Sequence record: SRR31156797_315
Direction: 5' to 3' (one strand)
DNA: 64,000 nt
Each line of letters opens with the position of its first letter. Within the stretch, counting starts at the first letter, position 1. Positions 19,471 to 29,183 of the stretch are shown here, in pieces. The translations under genes and the position numbers were made by a program. A model generated the notes under the pieces. That model worked only from the letters and a program-made list of their open reading frames with translations. It was not told the DNA's origin and did no database searches.

Positions 19471-20526
19471 CTAAATTGCGCCTTCAAATTGTTTTAGAAA
19501 ACGGATATCATTTTCAAAGAATAACCGCAGGTCATCAATCTGATATTTGAGCATAGTGATCCGCTCAATGCCCATTCCAAAAGCCAGTCCGGTATATTCC
19601 TTACTGTTGATGTTGCTACTTTCCAGTACGTTGGGATCCACCATTCCACAACCCAGGATTTCAACCCAGCCTGAGTATTTACAGATTTTACAACCCGATC
19701 CTCCGCAAATGTTGCATGAAATATCCATTTCAGCGGATGGCTCGGTAAAAGGGAAGTAGGATGGCCTGAACCTGACCTTCGTATCTTTCCCAAAAAATTC
19801 ATGGGCGAAATAAAATAGCGTCTGTTTCAGGTCAGCAAAAGAAACATCATGGTCGATATACAATCCTTCTACCTGGTGGAAAATGCAGTGAGCCCTTGCT
19901 GAAATGGCCTCATTACGGAAAACCCGTCCCGGTGCAACCACACGGATAGGGGGTTTTTGATTTTCCATTACCCGCACCTGAACCGATGAAGTATGCGTAC
20001 GCAGCGCTATTCTTTCGAGCGGTGGTGTATCATTATCGCTGATAAAAAAAGTGTCCTGCATGTCGCGTGCCGGGTGTTCTTCCGGGAAGTTCAGTGCAGA
20101 AAAATTGTGCCAGTCGTTTTCGATTTCCGGCCCAACTGCAACGGTATATCCAATCCTGCTAAAGATATCCAGTATCTGTTTGCGCACTATGGACAACGGA
20201 TGGCGTGTGCCCAAATCCCTGAAATCAGCAGGACGTGTCAGGTCAAGGTCGCTGTCAGTGGTTTCAAGATTTTTAAGTGATATTTCCTTTTTAAGGGCAT
20301 TCAATTTGTCCTGGGCTTTGGTTTTGAGGTCATTCAAAATCCGGCCCATTTCCTTGCGATCTTCAGGTGCCACTGTTTTAAAATCTCCGAACAACGCAGG
20401 AATTTTACCCTTTTTGCTTAGGTAAGCGATCCGGTATTCTTCAAGCTTCTCCAATGAATCAGTCGAAAAATTTTCAACTTCCTGCAGTATCTGTTCTATC
20501 TTTTCTTTCATGTTACGGTCATTCAA
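19471..20526 (-). CDS. pheS: Phenylalanine--tRNA ligase alpha subunit (start may be 20511)
   Basis: HPARDMQDTFF, LRTHTSSVQVR, RPSYFPFTEPS and GLAFGMGIERI motifs. Confidence 0.97.
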   Translation of the reverse strand: MNDRNMKEKIEQILQEVENFSTDSLEKLEEYRIAYLSKKGKIPALFGDFKTVAPEDRKEMGRILNDLKTKAQDKLNALKKEISLKNLETTDSDLDLTRPADFRDLGTRHPLSIVRKQILDIFSRIGYTVAVGPEIENDWHNFSALNFPEEHPARDMQDTFFISDNDTPPLERIALRTHTSSVQVRVMENQKPPIRVVAPGRVFRNEAISARAHCIFHQVEGLYIDHDVSFADLKQTLFYFAHEFFGKDTKVRFRPSYFPFTEPSAEMDISCNICGGSGCKICKYSGWVEILGCGMVDPNVLESSNINSKEYTGLAFGMGIERITMLKYQIDDLRLFFENDIRFLKQFEGAI

Positions 20527-20568
20527 GTCAGGTATTCACGAAAATGATTCGTGAAATAGCTTGTGGGG

Positions 20569-21198
20569 TTATTCAATAATTTCGATGGTCATTTTCACAT
20601 CCTTCACCGGGCGGTCTCCGGGTTTGGTTTGTACGGCAGCAATTTCGTCAATTACATCGTATCCGTCGGACACCTGGCCAAAAACCGTATATCCACCATC
20701 GAGATGAGGCGTACCGCCAACGGTTGTGTATGCCTTACGCTGTTCTTCGCTAAATTTGGTGTCTGATTTTTGTTCCATCATATCCAATGTAGCATCATTA
20801 AAAATCCTGCCCTGCACAATGTAAAATTGTGATCCTGATGATTCTTTTTTTGGATTAACCTGGTCACCCATTCTGGCTGCAGCGAGTGCCCCTTTTTTAT
20901 GCAAGTGATTGGGCAAAATTTCAGCCGGAACCGTATAACCCGGGTCAACCTTGCCGGAGGCATTGTGGCCACCCTGAATCATAAATTGATTAATAACACG
21001 GTGAAAGACAGAACCATCATACCAGCCTTCATTCACCAGTTTTACAAAGTTATCGCGGTGTTGAGGTGTGTCATTGTACAAATAACCCTTGATGTCTCCA
21101 TAATCCGTGTGGATGATAAATTTCACGGTTTTCTGCTGGGCAATGGTAATGCTTCCGGTCAGCAGGATCAGTAAAGCGAAAATTGCTATTCTTTTCAT
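20569..21198 (-). CDS. Cyclophilin-type peptidyl-prolyl cis-trans isomerase (secreted)
   Basis: FHRVINQFMIQGG, HKKGALAAAR, SSGSQFYIV and HLDGGYTVFG; signal peptide. Confidence 0.93.
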   Translation of the reverse strand: MKRIAIFALLILLTGSITIAQQKTVKFIIHTDYGDIKGYLYNDTPQHRDNFVKLVNEGWYDGSVFHRVINQFMIQGGHNASGKVDPGYTVPAEILPNHLHKKGALAAARMGDQVNPKKESSGSQFYIVQGRIFNDATLDMMEQKSDTKFSEEQRKAYTTVGGTPHLDGGYTVFGQVSDGYDVIDEIAAVQTKPGDRPVKDVKMTIEIIE

Positions 21199-21200
21199 TT

Positions 21201-21977
21201 TTATTCTTTTATTAGTGTAATAGTCATTTCCACATCTTCAACAGGCCTGTCGCCGGGTTTGGTTTTTACAGCGGCGATCATATCCACAACTTCGAGTCCA
21301 TCCACAACTTCGCCAAACACAGTGTATTGATTATCAAGAAATGGCGTGCCACCCACGTTTTTATACGTTTCAATTTGTTCAGCAGTGTAAAATGCACCCG
21401 TTCTTTGGGTCATTTGGTTGAGTTGCTGGGCAGTTACGGGTTGTCCCTGAACGATGTAAAACTGCGAACCGGATGACCTTCTTTCGGGGTTCACCTGGTC
21501 GCCCTGCCGTGCAGCTGCCAAAGCTCCCTTTTTATGGATAAACTCAGGTAAAATTTCCGCCTCAAGCGTATAACCCGGGCCGCCATTGCCAAGCCGTTGA
21601 TCTGGAGTTGCCCCAACCGAGTTCGGGTCTCCCCCCTGGATCATAAATCCTTTTATAACGCGGTGAAATAGAGTTTCGTTGTAAAAGCCATCCTGAACAA
21701 GCTTGATGAAATTATCACGATGGATTGGGGTTTTATCGTAAAGTAATACCGTAATATCGCCAAACTTTGTACTGATTTTGGCTTTTTGTCCTTTATGTTC
21801 ACCCTCGTCAGCACTAGTTGCTGCTTTATCTGGTGCATTTGCCTGGGTGCTTTTTACTTCTTTTTTTAATTCTGGGCGTTTGTTTTCTTTTTTATCTGAC
21901 GCCTGATTGTTGCATGCTGCAATTCCGAAAATTGCCACAATAGTGATCAATAATACGTTTCTCAAAGTCATCTTCAT
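21201..21977 (-). CDS. Cyclophilin-type peptidyl-prolyl isomerase, lipoprotein
   Basis: Lipobox IAAC; FHRVIKGFMIQGGDP, SSGSQFYIV and FLDNQYTVFG. Confidence 0.93.
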   Translation of the reverse strand: MKMTLRNVLLITIVAIFGIAACNNQASDKKENKRPELKKEVKSTQANAPDKAATSADEGEHKGQKAKISTKFGDITVLLYDKTPIHRDNFIKLVQDGFYNETLFHRVIKGFMIQGGDPNSVGATPDQRLGNGGPGYTLEAEILPEFIHKKGALAAARQGDQVNPERRSSGSQFYIVQGQPVTAQQLNQMTQRTGAFYTAEQIETYKNVGGTPFLDNQYTVFGEVVDGLEVVDMIAAVKTKPGDRPVEDVEMTITLIKE

Positions 21978-22098
21978 TCTATTTTGCGATTATGGAAATG
22001 ATATTTTACTGATTTTTTGCAAAGAACGTATTTTTTTTTTAGTGATTCCGGATGGATATTCAGGTAATGTAATAAGATCAAAAGACGGGTTTTCAGAA

Positions 22099-22653
22099 TT
22101 AGGAATTGATCCTGCCCGGGTTTTCATTGATGAAATTTTTCCAGCTGTTATAACTCTTTTGCCCGGCAACTTTTCCCTGCTTAAAGTAATGACATACAGC
22201 CGCAGCAAGTCCGTCGGTGGCATCCAGGTACTCAGGTGCTTTTTCAATATTCAGCAGGTTTAGCAACATGCCTGCCACCTGCTCCTTAGAGGCATTTCCA
22301 TTGCCGGTGATCGACCGTTTAATTTCCCGTGGTGAATATTCGGTGATTGGGATATCGCGATACAGGGCAGCAGCCATGGCCACACCCTGGGCTCGGCCCA
22401 GCTTGAGCATCGACTGCACATTTTTGGCATAAAAGGGCGCTTCAATCGAAAGTTCATCGGGTTTGTATTCTTCCACCATCGCCAGAGTCCGCTCAAATAT
22501 CTTTTTCAGTTTCAGCGCATGACCAGAGTATTTTGCAAGTTTCAGCACACCCATAGTGATCAGGGAAATGTCTTTGCCCTTTATGCTAACCAATCCGTAT
22601 CCCATGATTACCGTTCCGGGGTCGATGCCCAATATTATGCGGTCGTTGCTCAT
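22099..22653 (-). CDS. ruvC: Crossover junction endodeoxyribonuclease RuvC
   Basis: [27 protein letters not shown] and [15 protein letters not shown] at 22653 chosen because a TAGTTTTG promoter element covers the upstream TTG. Confidence 0.96.
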   Translation of the reverse strand: MSNDRIILGIDPGTVIMGYGLVSIKGKDISLITMGVLKLAKYSGHALKLKKIFERTLAMVEEYKPDELSIEAPFYAKNVQSMLKLGRAQGVAMAAALYRDIPITEYSPREIKRSITGNGNASKEQVAGMLLNLLNIEKAPEYLDATDGLAAAVCHYFKQGKVAGQKSYNSWKNFINENPGRINS

Positions 22654-22739
22654 CAGTTGCAAAACTAAGTTTTTATATCGAGTACACAGTTTTTAGCCAT
22701 CAATTAGCCCGGTTGAAATCTCTGCTATATCTTTGGGGT

Positions 22740-24242
22740 ATGTTTCAAAAAAAACAAGCCGGGGAAAGGATCAAAGCGTATCTTTTGAAAGTTTTAGTGG
22801 GAGCGTTTCTGCTATCTGCATTTGTGCAGTGTGATTTAAAGCAAAATCATAGTGACCGAATTATGAGTTTTCATTCAAGTGACCAAAAACTTGAAGATGC
22901 TTTTGCATGGGCGCAACAAAAAGCAATGAGCTACCGGGGTGATCCAACTGATCCGGTTGGCGCATGGTACGAGGCGGCCCTGCCTGAGCGGGAAGCATTT
23001 TGTATGCGCGACCTGGCCCATATGTGCATGGGTGCTGAAATTCTGGGCATGACGAAGGAAAACAAAAATATGTTCCGGAAATTTTCCGAAAATATTTCTG
23101 AAAGTAAAGATTGGTGTACCTACTGGGAAATCAACCGTTACAATAAACCGGCACCCGCCGATTACCGTAACGACAAAGCGTTCTGGTATAACCTTCCGGC
23201 AAACTTCGATATCATCGATGCCGCAATTCGGATGTATAAATTTACCGGAGATTTCGGTTTTATCCATTACCCGGCAATACTGGATTTTGTAGATAAGTCG
23301 ATGAATCAGTATGTGGATCACTGGGACCTGGAACCCTCAAAAATTATGGACCGGGAAAGGCTGATGCACATGCCCGAAAATTTCAATCCCAATGATGCAT
23401 TTCATGTGTGCCGGGGGTTGCCCAGCTATGTTGAAAGTGTCCGTGAGTTACAACTTGGGGCCGACCTGATAGCTGCTGAATATGCCGGCTTCCTGGCGGC
23501 CTCTGAGATTGCAATGATGCAGCGTGATATTGAATCAGCACAAAAGTACCTTGGCCATGCACTCGAACTGAAGGTTATTTTGAATAATTCATGGTGGGAC
23601 CATGAACTGAATCGTTATAATACTTTCCTGTTTTTGGATGGGAATTACCAGCACGGCGAAGGAGAGGCATTTTTATTGAGATATAAAATTACCGGGCCGG
23701 GCTATAAGACGGAGCAAACGCTTAAAAGCCTGTTGGCAAAATCTCAGAATATGAACATCGAAACCCGGTCTTATCTACCTATGTTGCTCTTCGGGCAGGG
23801 TTTTGATCGGGAAGGTTATCAGCAGATTTTAAAACTTGCTGATCCACTAACACCCCGGCGTGATTATCCGGAAGTGTCGTTTACGCTTATAGAAAGTATT
23901 GTTTCAGGGTTGATGGGTATTGAGGCGGATGCAAGGGAAAACCTGGTGGTTACCCACTCGCATTTGCCGGATTCCGTGGATGCTGAAATAAATCATCTGA
24001 AAGTTTTGGGGCAAAATGTCTCGGTAATGCACTTTGGAAAAACAGAAACAAGACTTGATAATTCGGGGGAGGAAAATTTTTTATGGAAGGCTTGTTTCAA
24101 CGGTAAACATGGCACAATATTCATTAATGGAAAACCTGAAAAAGCAAATGTGCAATCAGAATTTGGTTATGATTTTTCCTGGGTACAGGTTGAGGTAAAA
24201 TCCAGGTCGAAAGTAGCAGCATGCTTAAAATGTAACCGTTAG
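22740..24242 (+). CDS. Uncharacterised secreted protein or lipoprotein, probable six-hairpin glycosidase-like fold
   Basis: Hydrophobic N-terminus ending FVQC; aromatic- and acid-rich motifs WYEAALP, FCMRD, YWEI, FWYNLPANFD and DYPEVSF. The fold call is a guess. Confidence 0.55.
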   Translation: MFQKKQAGERIKAYLLKVLVGAFLLSAFVQCDLKQNHSDRIMSFHSSDQKLEDAFAWAQQKAMSYRGDPTDPVGAWYEAALPEREAFCMRDLAHMCMGAEILGMTKENKNMFRKFSENISESKDWCTYWEINRYNKPAPADYRNDKAFWYNLPANFDIIDAAIRMYKFTGDFGFIHYPAILDFVDKSMNQYVDHWDLEPSKIMDRERLMHMPENFNPNDAFHVCRGLPSYVESVRELQLGADLIAAEYAGFLAASEIAMMQRDIESAQKYLGHALELKVILNNSWWDHELNRYNTFLFLDGNYQHGEGEAFLLRYKITGPGYKTEQTLKSLLAKSQNMNIETRSYLPMLLFGQGFDREGYQQILKLADPLTPRRDYPEVSFTLIESIVSGLMGIEADARENLVVTHSHLPDSVDAEINHLKVLGQNVSVMHFGKTETRLDNSGEENFLWKACFNGKHGTIFINGKPEKANVQSEFGYDFSWVQVEVKSRSKVAACLKCNR

Positions 24243-24246
24243 TTTT

Positions 24247-24963
24247 TTAAAGTGCTATTTTTTCGAAAGCATATTTTTTGTTGCGAACGATTACGTTTGG
24301 TGGAATTTTATAAATTTCGAAATGATCATACCCTGATTTGAGGTTTTTCCAGAACGCAATATTTCTATTACTTCGATACTTTTCCATGTTTTGATCGGTC
24401 ATACGAAACGGGAAAATATGGATACGGAAATAGGGTTGTCCACCTTCAAAGGCTTTAGTAATAATGGTCCAGATTTCTTCGATGTTTTTGTTTCCCATGG
24501 CATAGCACCCAATAGAGACACATTTACCATGAACCATCAAATAGCTTCCGGTGAATCCATGAGTCTGGTCATAAGCATTTGGATAACCAATGTTGAATGA
24601 AAGATGAAAATCGCTCCATGGATTCAACTGATTGGGTTTCACAAAATAAAATCCTTCAGGGCTTTTGCGGTCACCTGTTTTTTGCTTTGGGCCTAATCCC
24701 CCTGAGAAATCACAAACATCATATGTCTTAAAATGCTCGAACAGGCCATCTTTTTCGGCCCAGATTTCGAGTTCATTGGTATTCTTAAAAATCGGGATGA
24801 ATATCTGATTTCCAAGTGTTAATTCTTTTTCCTGGAATTCCTTTTTGAGGTCTGGTAAAACCTTTTTTATTGCCTTTTTGGATCGCTGAGATGAGGGAAT
24901 GTTCTGTGTAAACACCTGAAAACTGAACGCAAAACTGATGAATAATAGCGAGATGAACTTCAA
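24247..24963 (-). CDS. Murein L,D-transpeptidase family protein (YafK/DpaA-like)
   Basis: LGPKQKTGDRKSPEGFY, FHLSFNIGYPNAYD and MVHGKCVSIGCYAM (YkuD His/Cys motif). Confidence 0.88.
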   Translation of the reverse strand: MKFISLLFISFAFSFQVFTQNIPSSQRSKKAIKKVLPDLKKEFQEKELTLGNQIFIPIFKNTNELEIWAEKDGLFEHFKTYDVCDFSGGLGPKQKTGDRKSPEGFYFVKPNQLNPWSDFHLSFNIGYPNAYDQTHGFTGSYLMVHGKCVSIGCYAMGNKNIEEIWTIITKAFEGGQPYFRIHIFPFRMTDQNMEKYRSNRNIAFWKNLKSGYDHFEIYKIPPNVIVRNKKYAFEKIAL

Positions 24964-24980
24964 AGCGTATAACTGAAATT

Positions 24981-25655
24981 TTAAGATAGATACGATTCAA
25001 CAACTTTCAGGTCAAACGTGCGGGTGATTTTAATATTTTCGATGTTCCCTTCGATTAATGAAACGTTGTTGCCGTCGGCCTCAAAAACTGCTGCATCGTC
25101 TGTAAAACGAGGCTCAAAAGGTTTATCGTAAGCTTTCTTTATCAGTCTGGTTTGAAAGGTCTGGGGCGTTTGTACCATCCGGTATTCATTTCGGTCAACG
25201 GGTATATTTTCAGAATCTGAAACCTTCCTCAATGATTCGGCTGGATGAATTACAGGTATGGCACTTCCGGTATTTTCTGCTACCTGAAAACTTTTTTTAA
25301 TAACATGCTCAGAAACAAGGGGGCGAACTCCATCGTGAATGGCCACTAGCTCAGAATCCTGAATCATGGAAAGTCCGTTTTTTACAGAATGAAACCTTTC
25401 AGCCCCTCCGGCAGTTATCTGGTGCGGTATTGTAAATCGGTGTTCCGAAATGAGCCGGTTCCAGGATTCGATTTGTTCAAAGGGTAAAACCACAACAATT
25501 TTTAAATCCCTGAAACAATGATAGAATCTCAGGATTGTGTGCATAAGAATTGGTTTTCCTGCTACCTGAAGAAATTGTTTCGGTGTTTCTGTGCCCATCC
25601 GGGTGCCTTTACCCCCGGCAACAATAAGTACTGATTTGAGTTTTGACGTTTCCAT
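24981..25655 (-). CDS. ispD: 2-C-methyl-D-erythritol 4-phosphate cytidylyltransferase
   Basis: AGGKGTRMG..PKQF, IHDGVRP, VQTPQTF, TDDA and NIKIT. Confidence 0.95.
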   Translation of the reverse strand: METSKLKSVLIVAGGKGTRMGTETPKQFLQVAGKPILMHTILRFYHCFRDLKIVVVLPFEQIESWNRLISEHRFTIPHQITAGGAERFHSVKNGLSMIQDSELVAIHDGVRPLVSEHVIKKSFQVAENTGSAIPVIHPAESLRKVSDSENIPVDRNEYRMVQTPQTFQTRLIKKAYDKPFEPRFTDDAAVFEADGNNVSLIEGNIENIKITRTFDLKVVESYLS

Positions 25656-25687
25656 AAAAAAAGGGCTGGTTATTGAAAACAGCCCTT
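25656..25687 (-). terminator. Terminator after queA, abutting the ispD start codon
   Basis: Minus strand reads AAGGGCTG-loop-CAGCCCTTTTTTT-ATG. Confidence 0.6.
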
Positions 25688-25717
25688 CAAAATTATGATT
25701 TCTTTAGTTGTGATCGA

Positions 25718-26767
25718 TTAAATAATCAGCATGGCATCGCCATAGGTAAAGAACCTGTACTTTTTATCGATGGCTTCGCGATATGCTTTCAACAGAAAGT
25801 CGTACCCTGCAAAAGCTGATACCAGCATCATCATACTCGACATGGGCAGATGAAAGTTTGTGACCATCGAGTTGGCCAGTTTAATTTCATAAGGCGGGAA
25901 AATAAATTTATTGGTCCAACCCTCAAATGGTTTCAGGTGGCCCGAAATAGTCATGGATGATTCCATGGCTTTCATCACTGTAGTTCCAACCGCACAAACC
26001 TTTTTCCGGCTATCAATGGCAGCATTTACTTTTTCGGTGGCGCGTTCATCAATATTCAATTCTTCCGAATCCATTTTGTGTTTCGAAAGATCTTCCACCT
26101 CAATTTGCCTGAAATTTCCTAAACCGGCATGTAAGGTAATCTCAGCAAAGTTTACACCCTCAAGTTCCAGACGTTTCATCAGTTCGCGGCTAAAATGCAG
26201 TCCGGCAGTAGGTGCTGCAACGGCTCCTTCGTGTTTGGCAAAAATCGTCTGATACCAATCTTCATCTTCGGGTTTAATATCACGTTCGATGGTTTTTGGA
26301 AGAGGGGTTTTTCCCAGTTGCTGAAGCGTTTTCTTGAATTCAGAATATGGCCCGTCAAACAAAAAGCGAAGTGTACGTCCACGTGAGGTTGTGTTGTCGA
26401 TCACCTCGGCAACGAGGGCGTCATCCTCACCAAAATAGAGCTTGTTGCCAATTCTGATTTTCCTTGCAGGGTCGACCAAAACATCCCAGAGACGGGTTTC
26501 CTGGTTTAATTCGCGTAGAAGAAAGACCTCAATACGTGCACCTGTTTTTTCCTTCGTGCCATACAACCTGGCCGGAAATACCTTGGTATTGTTAAGAACC
26601 ATTACATCACCGTCTTCGAAATAATCGAGGATATCTGTAAATTTTTTATGTTCAATGGTTTTTTTCTCACGATTGAGTACCATCATCCGGCATTTGTCTC
26701 TGTCTTCAACTGGTTCTTTGGCAATTAGTTCCTGGGGCAGGTGAAATCTGAATTGAGATAGCTTCAT
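25718..26767 (-). CDS. queA: S-adenosylmethionine:tRNA ribosyltransferase-isomerase
   Basis: [34 protein letters not shown] and [12 protein letters not shown]. Confidence 0.96.
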   Translation of the reverse strand: MKLSQFRFHLPQELIAKEPVEDRDKCRMMVLNREKKTIEHKKFTDILDYFEDGDVMVLNNTKVFPARLYGTKEKTGARIEVFLLRELNQETRLWDVLVDPARKIRIGNKLYFGEDDALVAEVIDNTTSRGRTLRFLFDGPYSEFKKTLQQLGKTPLPKTIERDIKPEDEDWYQTIFAKHEGAVAAPTAGLHFSRELMKRLELEGVNFAEITLHAGLGNFRQIEVEDLSKHKMDSEELNIDERATEKVNAAIDSRKKVCAVGTTVMKAMESSMTISGHLKPFEGWTNKFIFPPYEIKLANSMVTNFHLPMSSMMMLVSAFAGYDFLLKAYREAIDKKYRFFTYGDAMLII

Positions 26768-26810
26768 AGTAAATTAATAGATAAAAAAAATATTTTCCAA
26801 AAAAGGTGTG

Positions 26811-26818
26811 CAAAGATA
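26811..26818 (-). promoter_or_regulatory. -7 promoter element for queA
   Basis: Minus strand TATCTTTG(CAC), 43 nt upstream of the ATG. Confidence 0.6.
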
Positions 26819-27063
26819 ATACCATATACCCCTGAAGTCAAGTAAATGAGCGAATTAGCGGATGGCTGTTAATTATTGTAAGTGATGCTCAGGGTAAAGG
26901 TGTTTTAGGGGATGAGACTGTAAAGTATTGGATAATAACATGTAATTCAGATTAGTTCCTTGGAATCCGCATTTTTTTTGGCCTTAATACCCGTAAAATT
27001 GATATGTAGAAATGTGAAACTTTAAGATTGTTTAACAGTAAATTATGTAAAATAAGTACAAAA

Positions 27064-28320
27064 TCAGGGTGTATCAGCGCTGTTTGTGTTGCCAATGGCT
27101 GTAGCGATCCATTGTGTTGGGTCCTGGATATGCTTTCCATTCCATATCTCGAAATGCAACTCGGTTTTCAGATTTTCTTCATCAGTAAAAACGATGCCAA
27201 TTTCTCCTGCAGTTTCAACCTGCATTCCTGGTGTTACAAAAACCTCGGAAAGATTGGAGTAAACACTTAAAAATTCACCGTGCCTTAAAATTACCACATG
27301 ATTAAAATTGGGAACCGAAAGTACCCGGGTTACCTCACCCTTAAATACCGAGCAAGCCACTGCATTTTCGTGGGTCAGGAAGTTGACCCCATTGTTTTTA
27401 ATTTTTATTTCAGCCAATTCCGGGTGGGCTTGTTCGCCAAATCCGGTGCTGATGATTGCGCGTTCGAGCGGCCATGGAAGTTTACCACAGTTTTCGTTAA
27501 AGCCTGTTGAAAGTTCAAGGTCTTGCAGCGAAGGTGTATCGATCAGTTCAGGGTTTGTGGAGGCAAGTGCTTCACTATTCGGCTGTTCATTGATGATTTT
27601 TCTGATCTCCTGTTGAAGGTTATCAGCTGATTTTTTATTGCTTTTTTGTTCAGCAATGAGTTGTTCAACCTTGGCATTGAGCGTTTCAACCATTTCGTTT
27701 TTCATATCCAATTCAGTCTCCAACTGCACATACTCTGCGTTTAGGTTGGTGAGCAATTGCTGATTTCTGTCTATTTTGGTTTCCAGTGTTTCAACCTCGG
27801 TGAAGTAATTGGCTTCAACAGATTTTATATGTTCGATTTGTGCATTGCGCTGACGTGCATAATATTTATAATAATTAAAGCGTGAGTAGGCCTGGTTTAA
27901 ATCGCCGGCAGACAATACATATACCAGCCTTTTATAGAAATTATGGTTGATATAAGCACTGTTTATCATGTGTGCGTATTCATTTTTTAGTCCTTCAAGT
28001 TCTTCGGTTATCTCGTTGATGAGCAGCATCCTTGCGAAGATTGTATCAAAAATAAGTTTTTGTTCTTCGAGGTAATTGCTGATTAACTTCTTCCTGTCAT
28101 CGATTTTGGATTGCAATAATGCCAGATCCTGCAGGGTGGTGTTTTTCTCTTTTCTGGCATCATCTATCAGGTAATCAGCGTATTCTATTGATTTTTCCAA
28201 CCGGCTTTTTTGTTTTTCCAGCTGGCGTGTATCTGGCTGGGCCTGCAAGTGTGGAATATGGGCAAGCAGAAATATAAGCAGTAATAATGGGGAAAAATAT
28301 TTCAAACCATTGGTTATCAT
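27064..28320 (-). CDS. Murein hydrolase activator EnvC family (coiled coil plus degenerate M23 domain)
   Basis: Signal peptide, long coiled coil, GKLPWP, NNGVN (metal ligands lost), VILRHG..SVYSNL and LHFEIW. Confidence 0.85.
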   Translation of the reverse strand: MITNGLKYFSPLLLLIFLLAHIPHLQAQPDTRQLEKQKSRLEKSIEYADYLIDDARKEKNTTLQDLALLQSKIDDRKKLISNYLEEQKLIFDTIFARMLLINEITEELEGLKNEYAHMINSAYINHNFYKRLVYVLSAGDLNQAYSRFNYYKYYARQRNAQIEHIKSVEANYFTEVETLETKIDRNQQLLTNLNAEYVQLETELDMKNEMVETLNAKVEQLIAEQKSNKKSADNLQQEIRKIINEQPNSEALASTNPELIDTPSLQDLELSTGFNENCGKLPWPLERAIISTGFGEQAHPELAEIKIKNNGVNFLTHENAVACSVFKGEVTRVLSVPNFNHVVILRHGEFLSVYSNLSEVFVTPGMQVETAGEIGIVFTDEENLKTELHFEIWNGKHIQDPTQWIATAIGNTNSADTP

Positions 28321-28339
28321 GGTTCAAAAGTAATTAGAT

Positions 28340-29161
28340 TTATTTAGCAGAGCTATATTTTGACGGAATGTTAAATGGAAACCTTAAAGTCTCATTCAAT
28401 GTTATCCTGTTGTATTTAACCTGAACATTGATGGCGTCTTCTGCCTCAATGAGGTAATTTATTTCGTTGGGAAATAGCTGGCCATTTATTTCCCTAAAAT
28501 CTGAATAATCTGCCGTAAGCTTTTTACTGTCTTTGGTAAGCTCTTTGAGTTTCACCTGTACAATCTTGAAAGTTTCAGGATCGAGCAATGTGTTTTGCAG
28601 GAATATCCTTTCTGAATCTTCAACATTGCGTACGTACTTTTTAAGCTTGCTTCGCCCTGTTGTGCTCAATTTGTAGAGGTTTCCATCAACGGAAGCTTTA
28701 AATTCAACCATGTCATAATATTCAAAATCATTGCCAAGGATGATAGACTGCAGGATACCAAAATCGATGTTGGTATTTAAAAAATTATTGATGAATGTGT
28801 AATCGGAAATGAGATATTGTTTGTTGAAACGATCAAGAAACTTTACCGTGTCCTGTGTGATCATTACCCTGGCAATTTCGATACCGAGATCCTGGTTAAA
28901 ACTGATCCAGATTACGCTGTCCTTTACCATCCTGATCTGGCCTTTAAAATCGTGGTAGGTACGTTTTTGTTTGTAATCGATGGTAAACTTAGCCTCAAAA
29001 GTGTTAAATTTTAGTTCCTTGTCCTTGAGTTTGGAGAAGAGATAATCAGGGCCTTCCTCTTTGATGGGGGTTTTGATTATACCACGTTTGCTCTTGCATG
29101 CCGGGAGGCCCGCGATAAGTACTGCCAATAGGATAAAAATTACCTGGTTTCTGAAATTCAT
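28340..29161 (-). CDS. DUF4292-like lipoprotein
   Basis: Start moved to MNFRNQ...GLPAC (lipobox); IRMVKDSVIWIS and GIEIARVMITQDTVKFLDR; usual position in the Bacteroidota dut-TPR-DUF4292-envC cluster. Confidence 0.8.
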   Translation of the reverse strand: MNFRNQVIFILLAVLIAGLPACKSKRGIIKTPIKEEGPDYLFSKLKDKELKFNTFEAKFTIDYKQKRTYHDFKGQIRMVKDSVIWISFNQDLGIEIARVMITQDTVKFLDRFNKQYLISDYTFINNFLNTNIDFGILQSIILGNDFEYYDMVEFKASVDGNLYKLSTTGRSKLKKYVRNVEDSERIFLQNTLLDPETFKIVQVKLKELTKDSKKLTADYSDFREINGQLFPNEINYLIEAEDAINVQVKYNRITLNETLRFPFNIPSKYSSAK

Positions 29162-29183
29162 TGTTGAATTGTGTGATTGGTCG

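Noticed and set aside
27064-27500. M23 domain lacking the HxxxD zinc ligands as a possible pseudogene
   Set aside because: Loss of these ligands is the normal state of EnvC-family activators.
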